A stretch of DNA of 64,000 nt from Thainema sp. (GCA_052168235.1 JBQLZK010000001.1:295791-359790); one strand, 5' to 3'; counted from the first letter of the stretch, positions 1-10,742 are shown. A program made the numbers and translations. The notes: generated from the letters alone by a model not told the origin.

Positions 1-9
1 CAACCCAGC

Positions 10-450
10 ATGGTGGTGCGATCGCGCAATTCGGGCGTGGTGCTAAATTCTCCAGCCGATGTCTTGCGCGAGAAGGATGATTCGCTGGTATTTACCAGTC
101 TGCGGGGCGAAGCAACTTATTATGTGACGGTTTATCCCAACACTAATACGTGTAACCTGCAAATCATGGGTGCAAGTGGGTCTGAGACCGTCAGTGAATC
201 GGGGCGGTTGGTGCCGCGTGGTGGCCCAGATGATACCAATTTAGATGCTTATCGCTTGGGCTATCAGCAGGGATTTAAGTCGGGATATGAATCTGGCTTT
301 AATTACCGCAAATATAAATATGGCTACTATCCAGATTCAGCTTATCGCCGTCCGTCCTATGGTGATGAAGGATACGCCAAGGGCCATCGGGACGGATTTT
401 ATGCTGGATTCCATCAGGGTTACTATTCCGTAGTAGAAGGAATGTGGTAA
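10..450 (+). CDS. Hypothetical protein with Gly/Tyr-rich GYxxG repeats; may be 5'-truncated by the window edge
   Basis: 146-aa ORF whose frame stays open to base 1; repeated GYQQG/GYESG/GFYAG/GFHQG motifs. Confidence 0.6.
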   Translation: MVVRSRNSGVVLNSPADVLREKDDSLVFTSLRGEATYYVTVYPNTNTCNLQIMGASGSETVSESGRLVPRGGPDDTNLDAYRLGYQQGFKSGYESGFNYRKYKYGYYPDSAYRRPSYGDEGYAKGHRDGFYAGFHQGYYSVVEGMW

Positions 451-560
451 GCAACTAGGTGCTCACTGTGAACGACATTCATTTCCCTGGGCTGATAGAG
501 TCGAGAGTGAAGTTTTGTATCATGCCTATGAACCCCATCTTGGCAACTGGATTTTGTCTC

Positions 561-652
561 TAGCTGTAATCAGCTCAGTTAGGACACGGACGTTTTGTGG
601 CGCGGCGACGCCGCGCCACAAAACGTCCTAACCAAATATGGCTATCGCTGTA
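561..652. repeat. MITE-like palindromic dispersed repeat, family A copy 1
   Basis: TAGC..GTTAGGAC, then hairpin GGACGTTTTGTGGCGCGGCG/CGCCGCGCCACAAAACGTCC, then GCTGTA; reverse-complement homolog at 27537-27634. Confidence 0.75.
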
Positions 653-746
653 TTTGAAAACTCCGGTTCCCAGTATGGGTTGATACAAGGTTCATCGCTT
701 TATATCTGTTACATACTTGTACGCTTGTGCTTAGGAAAGGAGGCTT

Positions 747-3299
747 ATGGTAGCCACAGCGTCTCGGGTTGCGATCTCACCTGAGGAAACTCAAAAATTA
801 TTGGACTGGGCGCAATCCGTCCACCAGTCTGAACAACCCCTATTTAAGAAAGCGCAAATTTTAGCTCGGCGGCTCGGTGCCCACTATCGAGACGATGGCC
901 TAACCGAGATCGGCTTTTGGACTCCAGAACTGGGAGCCGACATGGTTCAACCTAAAAATATTTACTTAGAAGTTTTAACCCCTAAAAAAAAGATAGATCC
1001 CACCCAACCGACTCAAAAAATCGTTTTTCGACGCGACTATGTGCAGCTAGAGAAGCAGGGTGAATACTTTTGGGGTGTCATCTCTGGGATGCAGGCCGGA
1101 ACTAAAGATCAGTTCGGCTCTTTTTATTGGCTGCATTACCTAGACATGAATACCAATGAAGTGAAAATCATTGGTGACTGCTTGGCCTATTCATTGCCTT
1201 ACGGCGTGTATGCGCCAGCCGAGGTTTACGACCTGAATCAGCTGCAGGCCAATCGAGCTGATTTGGACTATTTGGCTCAGGGTCAGGATGAACTAGCAGC
1301 GGCAGAGGACGGGCAAGATCCGCCGTTTGTGCAGGTTGAACCGCCTAAGAATATCCTGCAGCTCCATGTCAACACCTCGTCCCCAGACGGTACGCTGGCG
1401 GGACTGACGAAGCTTTATCAAGACATTGGCCAGAAAATTACGCAGCAGCAGACCCTGACTCCGGCGGAGCAGAACTTCATTGGCTACGATGCGGTGCAGT
1501 TAATGCCGATTGAGCCGACGGTGGAATATCGTGGCGGACACGAACTGGGGCATGGATTCTTCATCTTCAGCGAGGACGATCTGGATGAAATGGATCCCGA
1601 AACCGAGGGCATTGAACATGAACCGGGCGATATCAAGGTCACGCTGAAAAAGCCAGATACCCAAAACTGGGGCTATGACATCGTCATTTTCGGCTGCTCA
1701 GCCACCGATCCCTCGGTGCTGAAGACGCTGCGGCTCGAAGAGCTGGTTGAGTTTATCGCCACGCTGCATAATTTTCCGACTGGCCCGATTAAGGTGATCT
1801 ACGACATTGTCTATGGTCACGCCGATAATCAGGCGATTGATTTGCTCAATGGGCGCTTTTTAAAGGGGCCCAATATGTACGGTCAGGACGTAAACCATCA
1901 GAATCCTACCGTGCGGGCTATCCTGTTGGAAATGCAGCGCCGCAAGAACGAGACGGGTGTTGACGGTATCCGCATCGACGGGGCACAGGACTTCAAGTTT
2001 TTCAATCCACTGTCGGGTGAGGTGGAATTTGACGATCAGTATCTGAGCGATATGGCCGAGGTGATCCAAGAGATCAACGGCAATCGCCGTCGCCTATTCA
2101 CGATTTATGAAGATGGTCGGCCTTGGCCCAAGGAGGGCTGGGAAGAGATTTCTACCTATCGCGACATTGTTGAGTACAAGCCCGATGCGTTTCAGTGGGG
2201 GCCGCTGATTTTTGCCCACAATACGCCGAGTCTGAAAAAGTTCTGGGATCGTAAATGGCGGCGGGTTGGCGAAGTGATGCAGGTGGGAGCCAACTGGATC
2301 ACGGGCTGCGGCAACCACGATACGCTGCGGCGCGGTACCCAGGTTGATACCAGTCTCGACATCAACTGGAATCTAGGCGATTCGTTCGTCGATGTGCTGA
2401 ATACCGCCTACGATCATCCAGCGATTTTGCTGATGACCTATGGCTTTGCGCCGGGTGTGCCGATGGATTTTATCAACTGCACCATGCGGGCACCCTGGTC
2501 ATTCCTGCGCAATACCGACGATCGCCATGGCGTCAAAGTCGTTGCAGAAGAAGCGGGTGGCTTCCTGGATTGGCAAATTATTCCTGATACCTACAGCCTG
2601 CCAGAGGTCTTTCCACGGGTGAAAGCAATGGGTTTTGGCAAACTGAACGAGCTGCGGCAGTTTGTCCGTGGCCTTTACGATGCCATTGAGGAAACCAATT
2701 ACGACCTGGATGAAGTGGCCCATATCTGTCAGCGCCATTTGGGAGCCGACGGACATAAAGAAGAAGTTAAAGCAGAAGCCAAGCAGCGCAAATCGGCGGC
2801 AGAGCTGCAAAAGCTGAATTTACCGGACAAGTCAAAAGTGCTGGCTGAACTTGATGTTCAAACACTCAAGGATTTTGCCAAAGCGTTCATGGAGGACGCC
2901 CACGACATCAGCAACGTTTGGCTACAGGCCGATGTGATTGATGCGGAACAGGTGGCTTTCAATTTAGCGCTGCGACGGTTCCGGCTAGCCAATCCCTGGC
3001 TGCGAGAGAACTTGTCTAACCTCGACCGCTTCAACCGGATTCACGATGATGACTACACTCTGTTCTACGGTTTACGGTCGGCTCCCAAATCTGAAGATTC
3101 AGACCAAACCCCTTATCAAGTTGCCATGCTGTGCCACATGGGCGGCGACCCGCTAACGGTAACGCCCGGAGACTGGCTGCAAATTGACCTGGACGAATGG
3201 CAAGTTGCGATCGCATCTCCCGGTCTTACAATCGATAACCTGAAGTCGTTTGAAATGAAGGATAGTCAGGCGGTTTTGTTGGAACGGATTGGAGAGTGA
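747..3299 (+). CDS. gghA: Glucosylglycerol hydrolase (alpha-amylase-like glycoside hydrolase)
   Basis: 850 aa; ARRLGAHYRDDGLTEIGFWTPEL, YDIVYGHADNQA, DGIRIDGAQDF and GCGNHD motifs typical of cyanobacterial GghA; RBS AGGAGG upstream. Confidence 0.85.
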   Translation: MVATASRVAISPEETQKLLDWAQSVHQSEQPLFKKAQILARRLGAHYRDDGLTEIGFWTPELGADMVQPKNIYLEVLTPKKKIDPTQPTQKIVFRRDYVQLEKQGEYFWGVISGMQAGTKDQFGSFYWLHYLDMNTNEVKIIGDCLAYSLPYGVYAPAEVYDLNQLQANRADLDYLAQGQDELAAAEDGQDPPFVQVEPPKNILQLHVNTSSPDGTLAGLTKLYQDIGQKITQQQTLTPAEQNFIGYDAVQLMPIEPTVEYRGGHELGHGFFIFSEDDLDEMDPETEGIEHEPGDIKVTLKKPDTQNWGYDIVIFGCSATDPSVLKTLRLEELVEFIATLHNFPTGPIKVIYDIVYGHADNQAIDLLNGRFLKGPNMYGQDVNHQNPTVRAILLEMQRRKNETGVDGIRIDGAQDFKFFNPLSGEVEFDDQYLSDMAEVIQEINGNRRRLFTIYEDGRPWPKEGWEEISTYRDIVEYKPDAFQWGPLIFAHNTPSLKKFWDRKWRRVGEVMQVGANWITGCGNHDTLRRGTQVDTSLDINWNLGDSFVDVLNTAYDHPAILLMTYGFAPGVPMDFINCTMRAPWSFLRNTDDRHGVKVVAEEAGGFLDWQIIPDTYSLPEVFPRVKAMGFGKLNELRQFVRGLYDAIEETNYDLDEVAHICQRHLGADGHKEEVKAEAKQRKSAAELQKLNLPDKSKVLAELDVQTLKDFAKAFMEDAHDISNVWLQADVIDAEQVAFNLALRRFRLANPWLRENLSNLDRFNRIHDDDYTLFYGLRSAPKSEDSDQTPYQVAMLCHMGGDPLTVTPGDWLQIDLDEWQVAIASPGLTIDNLKSFEMKDSQAVLLERIGE

Positions 3300-3377
3300 G
3301 GGATTGGCAGGTGAGGAGTAAGGCGAGAGGCGAGAGGCGATAGAATGAAATCCGTTTCTATTGCTGCCAGAATCACT

Positions 3378-5729
3378 ATGACTGCTCTCTCGTCTGCTCC
3401 ATTTTCCGCTGAAGAAATTGCGTCGGAAGGTATCAAGCCAGAAGAATACGAAGAAATTGTGCGGCGCTTAGGTCGCCATCCCAATAAAGCAGAGCTGGGC
3501 ATGTTCGGTGTGATGTGGTCAGAACACTGCTGCTATAAGAATTCGCGTCCGCTGCTGTCCCAGTTTCCAACAAAGGGCGATCGCATTTTGGTTGGCCCCG
3601 GTGAGAACGCTGGGGTGGTGGATTTGGGCGACGGTTTGCGGCTGGCCTTTAAGGTGGAGTCACACAATCACCCGTCAGCAGTTGAGCCATTTCAAGGCGC
3701 AGCAACAGGCGTGGGCGGCATCCTGCGCGACATTTTCACGATGGGCGCACGTCCGATTGCGGCGTTGAACTCTCTTCGATTTGGTTCACTAGAAAATCCT
3801 CGCACTCGTCAGCTGTTTAGCGGCGTGGTGGCGGGGATTGCTCATTATGGCAACTGTGTGGGTGTGCCAACTGTGGGCGGCGAGGTATATTTTGATCCGG
3901 CCTATTCGGGTAATCCCCTAGTCAACGCGATGGCGCTGGGGTTGATGGAAACGCCTGAAATCATTAAATCGGGCGCAGTCGGTATCGGCAATCCGGTGCT
4001 CTACGTGGGTTCAACCACCGGACGAGACGGCATGGGTGGTGCCAGCTTTGCCAGCGCAGAATTGAGTGATGAGTCGGAAGCCGATCGGCCTGCGGTGCAG
4101 GTGGGCGATCCATTTCTGGAAAAATCGCTGATTGAAGCCTGTTTAGAAGCTTTTAAGACGGGAGCCGTGGCCGCCGCACAGGATATGGGCGCAGCGGGAC
4201 TCACTTGCTCAACCGCAGAAATGGCGGCCAAGGGCGGCGTTGGCATTGAGCTGGATTTGGATAAGATTCCGGTGCGGGAAACGGGCATGGTGCCCTACGA
4301 GTATCTGCTGTCGGAGTCGCAGGAGCGGATGCTGTTCGTGGCTCATAGCGGTCGTGAGCAAGAGCTAATCGATATTTTTCACCGCTGGGGGCTTCATGCT
4401 GTCGTGGCGGGCCGGGTGATTGAGGAGCCGATTGTTCGCATCCTATTCCAAGGCCATATTGCGGCGGATATCCCAGCTACAGCACTGTCGGACGATACGC
4501 CAATTTACCATCGTGAGCTAATGGCCGAACCGCCGGAATATGCTCAAACGGCTTGGCAGTGGACGGTTGAACAGCTTTCTGAATGCACTAGTCAAGGCAT
4601 TAATCAGAAAAGCTGGACAGAGATTCTGTCGGATCTGCTGGCGACACCGACAATCGCGTCGAAGAACTGGGTCTATCGCCAGTATGACCATCAGGTGCAG
4701 AACAACACGGTGAAATGGCCAGGAGATGCTGACGCGGCAGTGATTCGCCTGCGTCCTCAGCTAACCGAAGGTGGCGCATTTAATAAAGGCGTGGCGGCGA
4801 CAGTGGACTGCAATGCTCGCTATGTGTACTTGCATCCCTACGAAGGGGCAAAAGCGGCAGTAGCCGAGGCGGCACGTAACCTGAGCTGCGTCGGGGCTGA
4901 ACCGCTAGCCGTAACGGATAACCTCAACTTTGGCAGTCCTGAAAAGCCGATTGGCTACTGGCAACTGGCTGAAGCTTGCCGTGGTCTGTCGGAAGCCTGC
5001 TCCCAGTTTTCCACCCCCGTCACAGGCGGCAACGTGTCGCTTTACAACGAAACTTTAGATTCAGAGGGTAAACCGCAGCCGATTTATCCAACGCCCGTAG
5101 TTGGCATGGTTGGTTTGATTTCCGATTTGCAGAAAATTTGTGGTCAAGGTTGGCAGCAAACGGGCGATCGCATTTATCTGCTCGGTCTACCCGTTGACCA
5201 ATCCCAGCAGCCCCACGTCACACTGGGCGGTTCGGAATATCTGGCAGCGATTCACGATACGATTGCCGGACAGCCGCCAGTTGTAGACTTTGACCTTGAA
5301 CTGCGCGTTCAAGCCGCCTGTCGCGCAGGGATTCAGCGGGGCTGGGTTCGGTCAGCCCATGACTGCGCTGAAGGTGGTTTAGCCGTAGCGCTAGCTGAGT
5401 CCTGCATCAGCGGCCAAAAAGGAGCCGAGATCCAACTTGCGATCGCAGATAGCCAGCTCTCATCTGCTAACCTGCGCTGGGATCACATTCTTTTTGGCGA
5501 GGGTGGCGCTCGAATTATTGTCTCGGTGACATCAGATTCCGCAGCGGAGTGGGAATCCTATCTAGATAATCAGCTTGCTGGTTATTGGCAAATACTTGGC
5601 CTGGTGGGAACAGCCGATGACGAATTACGGATTTTTTCCCAAGACACGGTTGCCCTCATCAACGCTAGGATCGAGGCGATGGCCGATCATTGGCAAAATG
5701 CGATCGCGCGTTACTTCGTGGATGCGTGA
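3378..5729 (+). CDS. purL: Phosphoribosylformylglycinamidine synthase subunit PurL
   Basis: [36 protein letters not shown] and GGNVSLYN motifs. Confidence 0.97.
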   Translation: MTALSSAPFSAEEIASEGIKPEEYEEIVRRLGRHPNKAELGMFGVMWSEHCCYKNSRPLLSQFPTKGDRILVGPGENAGVVDLGDGLRLAFKVESHNHPSAVEPFQGAATGVGGILRDIFTMGARPIAALNSLRFGSLENPRTRQLFSGVVAGIAHYGNCVGVPTVGGEVYFDPAYSGNPLVNAMALGLMETPEIIKSGAVGIGNPVLYVGSTTGRDGMGGASFASAELSDESEADRPAVQVGDPFLEKSLIEACLEAFKTGAVAAAQDMGAAGLTCSTAEMAAKGGVGIELDLDKIPVRETGMVPYEYLLSESQERMLFVAHSGREQELIDIFHRWGLHAVVAGRVIEEPIVRILFQGHIAADIPATALSDDTPIYHRELMAEPPEYAQTAWQWTVEQLSECTSQGINQKSWTEILSDLLATPTIASKNWVYRQYDHQVQNNTVKWPGDADAAVIRLRPQLTEGGAFNKGVAATVDCNARYVYLHPYEGAKAAVAEAARNLSCVGAEPLAVTDNLNFGSPEKPIGYWQLAEACRGLSEACSQFSTPVTGGNVSLYNETLDSEGKPQPIYPTPVVGMVGLISDLQKICGQGWQQTGDRIYLLGLPVDQSQQPHVTLGGSEYLAAIHDTIAGQPPVVDFDLELRVQAACRAGIQRGWVRSAHDCAEGGLAVALAESCISGQKGAEIQLAIADSQLSSANLRWDHILFGEGGARIIVSVTSDSAAEWESYLDNQLAGYWQILGLVGTADDELRIFSQDTVALINARIEAMADHWQNAIARYFVDA

Positions 5730-5830
5730 ATCAGCGAATCGTCAGCGCCAGATTAAAAATGAAGATACAATTGTTAAGAAATAATTAACTCTTCCCTGTT
5801 GTCACCATACGTATGGAGCTTGCTCTTAGC

Positions 5831-7348
5831 ATGATGCCCTATTCTGAATCTGCTTCTTTGACCCAGACGGCTGCATCAGCAGGTTCGGTCAGTTCACAAC
5901 TGGAACGACCCGACAAACCCGAAGAAGCCTGTGGAGTATTTGGGGTGTATGCTCCAGAAGAGGAAGTCGCGAAACTGGCGTACTTCGGCCTCTATGCGCT
6001 CCAACATCGAGGACAAGAATCAGCGGGAATCACGACCTTTGACACCGATGGGCAAGTGCATACCCATAAAGACATGGGGCTGGTTTCCCAGGTGTTCAAC
6101 GAACATACGCTAGAGGAACTACCCGGTTATCTAGCGGTCGGTCATAATCGCTACTCAACAACAGGTTCAAGTCGCAAGTGCAATGCTCAACCTGCCGTGG
6201 TGGAAACCCGTCTGGGACATTTAGCGCTGGCTCACAATGGCAACTTGGTGAACGCCGCCAAACTGCGCGAAGAGTTGTCTCTTAGTGGCTTTGACATTAA
6301 TACTAGTACCGATTCTGAAATGATTGCCCTGGCGATGGCTGAGGCCGTCAATCAAGGACAGGATTGGCTGGAAGCCGCGCAAACCGCATTTCGCCGGAGT
6401 GAAGGAGCCTTTAGCTTAGTCATCGGTACGCCTGTGGGGCTAATCGCCACCCGCGACCCCCACGGCATTCGACCCTTGGTACTGGGCAAGCTTCATTTGG
6501 AAGACGACGATTCAACGATTCGCTATGCCCTAGCTTCTGAAACCTGTGGCCTCGATATCATTGGCGCAGATTTCGTCCGCGAAGTGCAGCCGGGAGAACT
6601 GGTTTGGATCACGAAAGAGGGCGTGACCTCGATTCAGTGGGCACAGGCAGAGCGCAAGCTGTGCGTCTTTGAAATGATTTACTTTGCCCGCCCTGACAGC
6701 GTTGTCAATCAGGAAAGCTTGTACAGCTATCGTCTTCGTCTTGGACAGCAACTGGCGAAAGAAGCTCCTGCCGATGTGGATTTAATTATCGCGGTGCCCG
6801 ATTCTGGTGTGCCAGCGGCAATTGGATTCTCCCAAGGTTCCGGTATTCCTTACGCAGAGGGACTGATCAAGAATCGCTATGTCGGTCGCACCTTTATTCA
6901 ACCGACTCAGGTGATGCGGGAATCGGGCATTCGCATGAAGCTGAATCCGCTGCGGGACGTGCTAGAAGGCAAGCGGGTACTGATTGTAGACGACTCCATT
7001 GTGCGGGGCACAACCAGCCGCAAGATTGTCAAAGCGCTGCGGGATGCCGGGGCAACAGAAGTCCATATGCGGATTTCATCGCCACCCGTCACGCATCCCT
7101 GCTTCTACGGCATCGATACCGACAGTCAGGAGCAACTGATTGCGGCTACCAAGTCGGTGGAAGAAATCGAGCGTCAAATTGAAGTAGATTCCCTTGCTTA
7201 CCTAAGCTGGGACGGCATGTTAGAGGCCACGCGCCAGGAGAAGAGCAGCTTCTGCTCAGCCTGCTTCACGGGTGACTATCCAATTGCCATTTCTGAGGTA
7301 ATGAAGCGCTCGAAGCTCATGCTCGAAGAAAAGCCTGTAACGGTTTAA
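5831..7348 (+). CDS. purF: Amidophosphoribosyltransferase
   Basis: EEACGVFG propeptide/catalytic Cys, LQHRGQESAGI, VDDSIVRGTTS PRPP motif, PCFYGID, FCSACF. Confidence 0.97.
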   Translation: MMPYSESASLTQTAASAGSVSSQLERPDKPEEACGVFGVYAPEEEVAKLAYFGLYALQHRGQESAGITTFDTDGQVHTHKDMGLVSQVFNEHTLEELPGYLAVGHNRYSTTGSSRKCNAQPAVVETRLGHLALAHNGNLVNAAKLREELSLSGFDINTSTDSEMIALAMAEAVNQGQDWLEAAQTAFRRSEGAFSLVIGTPVGLIATRDPHGIRPLVLGKLHLEDDDSTIRYALASETCGLDIIGADFVREVQPGELVWITKEGVTSIQWAQAERKLCVFEMIYFARPDSVVNQESLYSYRLRLGQQLAKEAPADVDLIIAVPDSGVPAAIGFSQGSGIPYAEGLIKNRYVGRTFIQPTQVMRESGIRMKLNPLRDVLEGKRVLIVDDSIVRGTTSRKIVKALRDAGATEVHMRISSPPVTHPCFYGIDTDSQEQLIAATKSVEEIERQIEVDSLAYLSWDGMLEATRQEKSSFCSACFTGDYPIAISEVMKRSKLMLEEKPVTV

Positions 7349-7369
7349 GATATTCCAACAAAATTTTGA

Positions 7370-7402
7370 AGAGGAGAGTGCGATCGCACTCTCCTCTTTT
7401 TT
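7370..7402 (+). terminator. Intrinsic terminator after purF, hairpin centred on HIP1
   Basis: AGAGGAGAGTGCGATCGCACTCTCCTCT followed by a T run. Confidence 0.7.
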
Positions 7403-7416
7403 CATGAGGCAAATAT

Positions 7417-7611
7417 TTAAGCAGGTTTACACTGTCCGGCCCGAATTAAACCAACGCGACGTGCGATCGCATCTCCTTGCGACTCAAACGGCCCCCAGGT
7501 TTTACCACGACGGCTCTCTTCAGGCGGCAACTGCACGGCAGGACAAATCTCACACTGTCCTGCTTCGGTTTGGACGATGTACCACTGATCAGAAGAATCG
7601 GCTGAAGTCAT
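7417..7611 (-). CDS. Small conserved cyanobacterial hypothetical protein (64 aa)
   Basis: WYIV..GQCEI..WGPF.SQGDAIARRVGLIRAGQCKP, a motif set I recognise from small cyanobacterial proteins. Confidence 0.7.
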   Translation of the reverse strand: MTSADSSDQWYIVQTEAGQCEICPAVQLPPEESRRGKTWGPFESQGDAIARRVGLIRAGQCKPA

Positions 7612-7813
7612 AATGTCGATGCCAAATAGGGTGCAGTAACGATTTGGGAGCGCGGCAAGTGCTGCTTGCACCCTCCCAAATCGTCGCTTTGCAGGACTAA
7701 CGATGGTTATCGCTATCATACGGCGTTAGCCAAATTGCGATTTGATGGTTAACCGTGCTGATCTTCTAAAATTGGGACAAGATCGATCTATCTCTTACCA
7801 TCAGAAAATCTCA

Positions 7814-8377
7814 ATGGTACAGTCTCCATCTAAACCCATCACGCTAGAGGAATTTCTGAAGCTGCCAGAAACTAAACCCGCCAGCGAATATATTGATGGG
7901 CAAGTTATCCAGAAACCCATGCCACAGGGAAAGCATAGTACAATCCAAACTGAATTTTCAACTACCGTCAATGCCGTGCTTAAGCCTCAACAAATTGCAC
8001 GAGCATTTTCAGAGTTGCGGTGTACCTTTGGTGGTCGCTCAACGGTTCCAGATGTGTCGGTATTTACGTGGCAAAGAATTCCGCGTGATGAAAACGGTGA
8101 AATTGCCAACATCTTCCCGATTGCTCCTGATTGGACAATCGAAATTTTGTCACCGGATCAAAGCCAGACTAAAGTAACTAAAAATATTCTGCATTGCCTC
8201 AATCATGGAACTCAAATGGGTTGGTTAATTGACCCGGATGAGCAAACCGTTTTTGTGTATCGTCCCAAACAGCAACCCGAAGTTTTTGATCAGCCAGAAC
8301 AGAGGCTTTCTGTACCTTCTTTCGCTAGTGAATTAAATCTGAGTATAGGTGTAATATTCGGCTGGTTATTAGAGTGA
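7814..8377 (+). CDS. Uma2 family (DUF820) PD-(D/E)xK endonuclease-like protein
   Basis: TLEEFLKLPETKPASEYIDG, PQGKHS, VPDVSVF, APDWTIEILSPDQS, GWLIDP. Confidence 0.9.
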   Translation: MVQSPSKPITLEEFLKLPETKPASEYIDGQVIQKPMPQGKHSTIQTEFSTTVNAVLKPQQIARAFSELRCTFGGRSTVPDVSVFTWQRIPRDENGEIANIFPIAPDWTIEILSPDQSQTKVTKNILHCLNHGTQMGWLIDPDEQTVFVYRPKQQPEVFDQPEQRLSVPSFASELNLSIGVIFGWLLE

Positions 8378-8426
8378 AGTGCCGAGCTCGACTATGCGTA
8401 TTTCGTTCTTCTAAAGAGAATCAAAT

Positions 8427-8903
8427 ATGAAATTTGAAATTGTAGAGATCAGCGTATTGAAGGTTTGCAAATTCCCAATTCGAAAACTTATTGGTGTTGC
8501 CGATCACTATTATCTTTCTGAAAATTAGGATTTTTATACCTCTTTAGGTTGGGGGCCAAGCGGACTTGAAGTAAAGGGATTAGTCAAAGTCACAGCGCAA
8601 GAACTGGAACGGGTAGAACAATTTATGCAAGCTGTAAAATATAGTATTACTGTTAATAACTGTGAGCACTTTGCTAACTACATTCTCTACGGCATTAACC
8701 TTTCGTCTCAGCAGCATACCTGGTGGAAAAGCTTGGGTGCGGAAGTTATTAGTCTCTTACAACCCGTACAAGGAGTAAGAGATAACTACAGCAGTTTTAT
8801 TGGTCAGCAAGCTGCGGAAATATTAAATGAAAATTTGAGACAAGCAAAAATTGAGCAAGCTAATCGGGAACGAACTGAGTTTTGGAAGTCTAGAGAAGAC
8901 TAA
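8427..8903 (+). pseudogene. LRAT-like / permuted NlpC-P60 (NC domain) gene with an in-frame TAG at 8526-8528
   Basis: One frame reads MKFEI..ADHYYLSEN*DFYTSLGWG..YSITVNNCEHFANY; His motif upstream and NCEHF downstream of the single stop. Confidence 0.7.
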
Positions 8904-8936
8904 TCAAACGGGGGAGGGAGAACTGATATTCTCATC

Positions 8937-9230
8937 ATGCGTATCATATCTCGCAGCACCTTACGCGACTTTTGGAAATCTCATCCAGATGCTGAGGGAG
9001 CTTTGAAAACCTGGTATTACGATGCGTCACATGCTGACTGGAAGAGCCCAACAGATGTCAAAGCTGTTTATGGTAGTGCTAGCATTATTGCGAATAACCG
9101 TGTTGTTTTTAATATTAAAGGAAATACCTATCGGCTAATTGTGGCGATCCGCTATGACATTGGCATAATCTTTATTCGATTTATTGGTACTCATGCTGAG
9201 TATGACAAGGTGGATGCAGAAACTATTTGA
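8937..9230 (+). CDS. higB: Type II toxin HigB
   Basis: MRIISRSTLRDFW..HPDAE..W, NRVVFNIKGNTYRLIV, FIRFIGTHAEYDK. Confidence 0.92.
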   Translation: MRIISRSTLRDFWKSHPDAEGALKTWYYDASHADWKSPTDVKAVYGSASIIANNRVVFNIKGNTYRLIVAIRYDIGIIFIRFIGTHAEYDKVDAETI

Positions 9231-9244
9231 GCTGAGGTTGAGAT

Positions 9245-9622
9245 ATGGAGATACATCCAATTAGAACCCAAACTGACTATCAAGAAGCTCTTCGAGAAAT
9301 TGAATTACTATTTGATGCAGTTCCAAACACATCTGAACACGATCGATTAGATGTATTGAGTACTTTAGTGGAAGCTTATGAGACAAAACACTTCCCAATT
9401 GATTTACCTGATCCAATTGAAGCGATTCATCATTACATGGATGTCCGAGGATGGTCTGATCGGGATTTGGAATCCTGCCTTGGAGGAAAAGTAGCGGTAT
9501 CAGAGATACTATCTCGTAAACAGCCTTTGACACTGGAAATAATTCGAAAGTTAAATCAGGAGTTAAAGATTCCGGCTGAGATCCTTATTCGGCCTTATGG
9601 ATTAACACAGATTTCTGCCTGA
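9245..9622 (+). CDS. higA: Type II antitoxin HigA (HTH)
   Basis: PIRTQTDYQEAL..LDVLSTLVEAYE..PDPIEAI..SEILSRKQPLTLEIIRKL; directly follows higB. Confidence 0.9.
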   Translation: MEIHPIRTQTDYQEALREIELLFDAVPNTSEHDRLDVLSTLVEAYETKHFPIDLPDPIEAIHHYMDVRGWSDRDLESCLGGKVAVSEILSRKQPLTLEIIRKLNQELKIPAEILIRPYGLTQISA

Positions 9623-9686
9623 AAACGCCTATGCTGTTAGTCTTTGAGAACCCATATGATGAGTACTCCAAAACAGTTAAATTCCT

Positions 9687-10742
9687 ATGAGAATTGCGAT
9701 CGCACCTTTCACGGTTCATAAACTTGTCCCGTTAACGATTAGCCGAGGCACCAGTGCCGGATCGACAAACCTGTGGGTACGGGTGATTCAGGATGAGATT
9801 GAAGGCTGGGGGGAAGCGTCACCGTTTTCGGTGGGGGACTATCGCCGCGATCCGGAGGAATTGCAGCAGGAATTAGAGGGAATTGCGCCGCTGCTAGAAC
9901 CATTTAGTCCGTTTGACTATCAGCAGATTGAGCGAGTGTTGCTGAATGAGCCGATTTCGTCGGCGACGCGGGCTGGCATTGATTTGGCGATTCAGGATTG
10001 GCTGGGCAAGCGAGTGGAGCTGCCGCTTTGGAAACTTTGGGGTTTTGATCGAGCCGCGATTACGCCCACGTCGGTCACGATTGGCATTAGCACGCCGGAA
10101 AAAGCGCAGGAGCGGTTAAAGCGTTGGCAGGAAGTTATCGATGTTCGATCTGTAAAGGTCAAACTCGGTAATCCAGAGGGGATTGAGGCCGATCAGGCGA
10201 TGCTGTTGGAGCTGCTGCCGCTGGTGCCTGCTGGGGCAAAGGTGAGCGTTGATGCCAATGGTGGCTGGAGTCTCAAATCTGCGATCGCAATGAGTCACTG
10301 GTTAGCGGAACAGGGTGTGACTTACATTGAGCAGCCATTGGATCGCGGTCAGGAAGTCGACTTGCCGAAGCTGTATGAAAAGTCGCCGCTGCCGCTGTTT
10401 GTCGATGAAAGCTGTTTCACGAGTCATGACATTCCGCTACTGCGCGATCGCGTACATGGCATTAACATCAAACTAATGAAATCCGGTGGGTTGACCGAAG
10501 CGCGACGGATGATTGCGACGGCTCGTGCCTGTGGTTTGCAGGTGATGTTTGGCTGTTATGGTGACAGTGCGATCGCAAATACGGCCTTGGCGCATCTCTC
10601 ACCGCTGGCGGATCATTTAGATTTAGATAGTCATCTGAATCTGAAAGACGATCCGTTTCAGGGAGCCGAGGTGACAAACGGCTGCCTGATTCCCACCGAC
10701 CGACCTGGACTAGGAGTGATCCAACATGCGTCTCAATCCTGA
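9687..10742 (+). CDS. Enolase-superfamily dipeptide epimerase / DgcA-like racemase
   Basis: LTISRGT, KVKLG, VDANGGW, YIEQP, FVDES, INIKLMKSGG, DLDSHL. Confidence 0.88.
   Translation: MRIAIAPFTVHKLVPLTISRGTSAGSTNLWVRVIQDEIEGWGEASPFSVGDYRRDPEELQQELEGIAPLLEPFSPFDYQQIERVLLNEPISSATRAGIDLAIQDWLGKRVELPLWKLWGFDRAAITPTSVTIGISTPEKAQERLKRWQEVIDVRSVKVKLGNPEGIEADQAMLLELLPLVPAGAKVSVDANGGWSLKSAIAMSHWLAEQGVTYIEQPLDRGQEVDLPKLYEKSPLPLFVDESCFTSHDIPLLRDRVHGINIKLMKSGGLTEARRMIATARACGLQVMFGCYGDSAIANTALAHLSPLADHLDLDSHLNLKDDPFQGAEVTNGCLIPTDRPGLGVIQHASQS

Noticed and set aside
673..686. GTA-N8-TAC upstream of gghA (another at 26892-26905 before ccsA) as NtcA sites
   Set aside because: The pattern fixes only six bases and is expected many times by chance; no well-placed -10 or other nitrogen-related context was found.
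8526..8528. Pyrrolysine or selenocysteine recoding of the in-frame stops here and at 15437
   Set aside because: No recoding signal or machinery is visible, and the broken genes use three different stop codons (TAG, TGA, TAA), which fits ordinary nonsense mutation.
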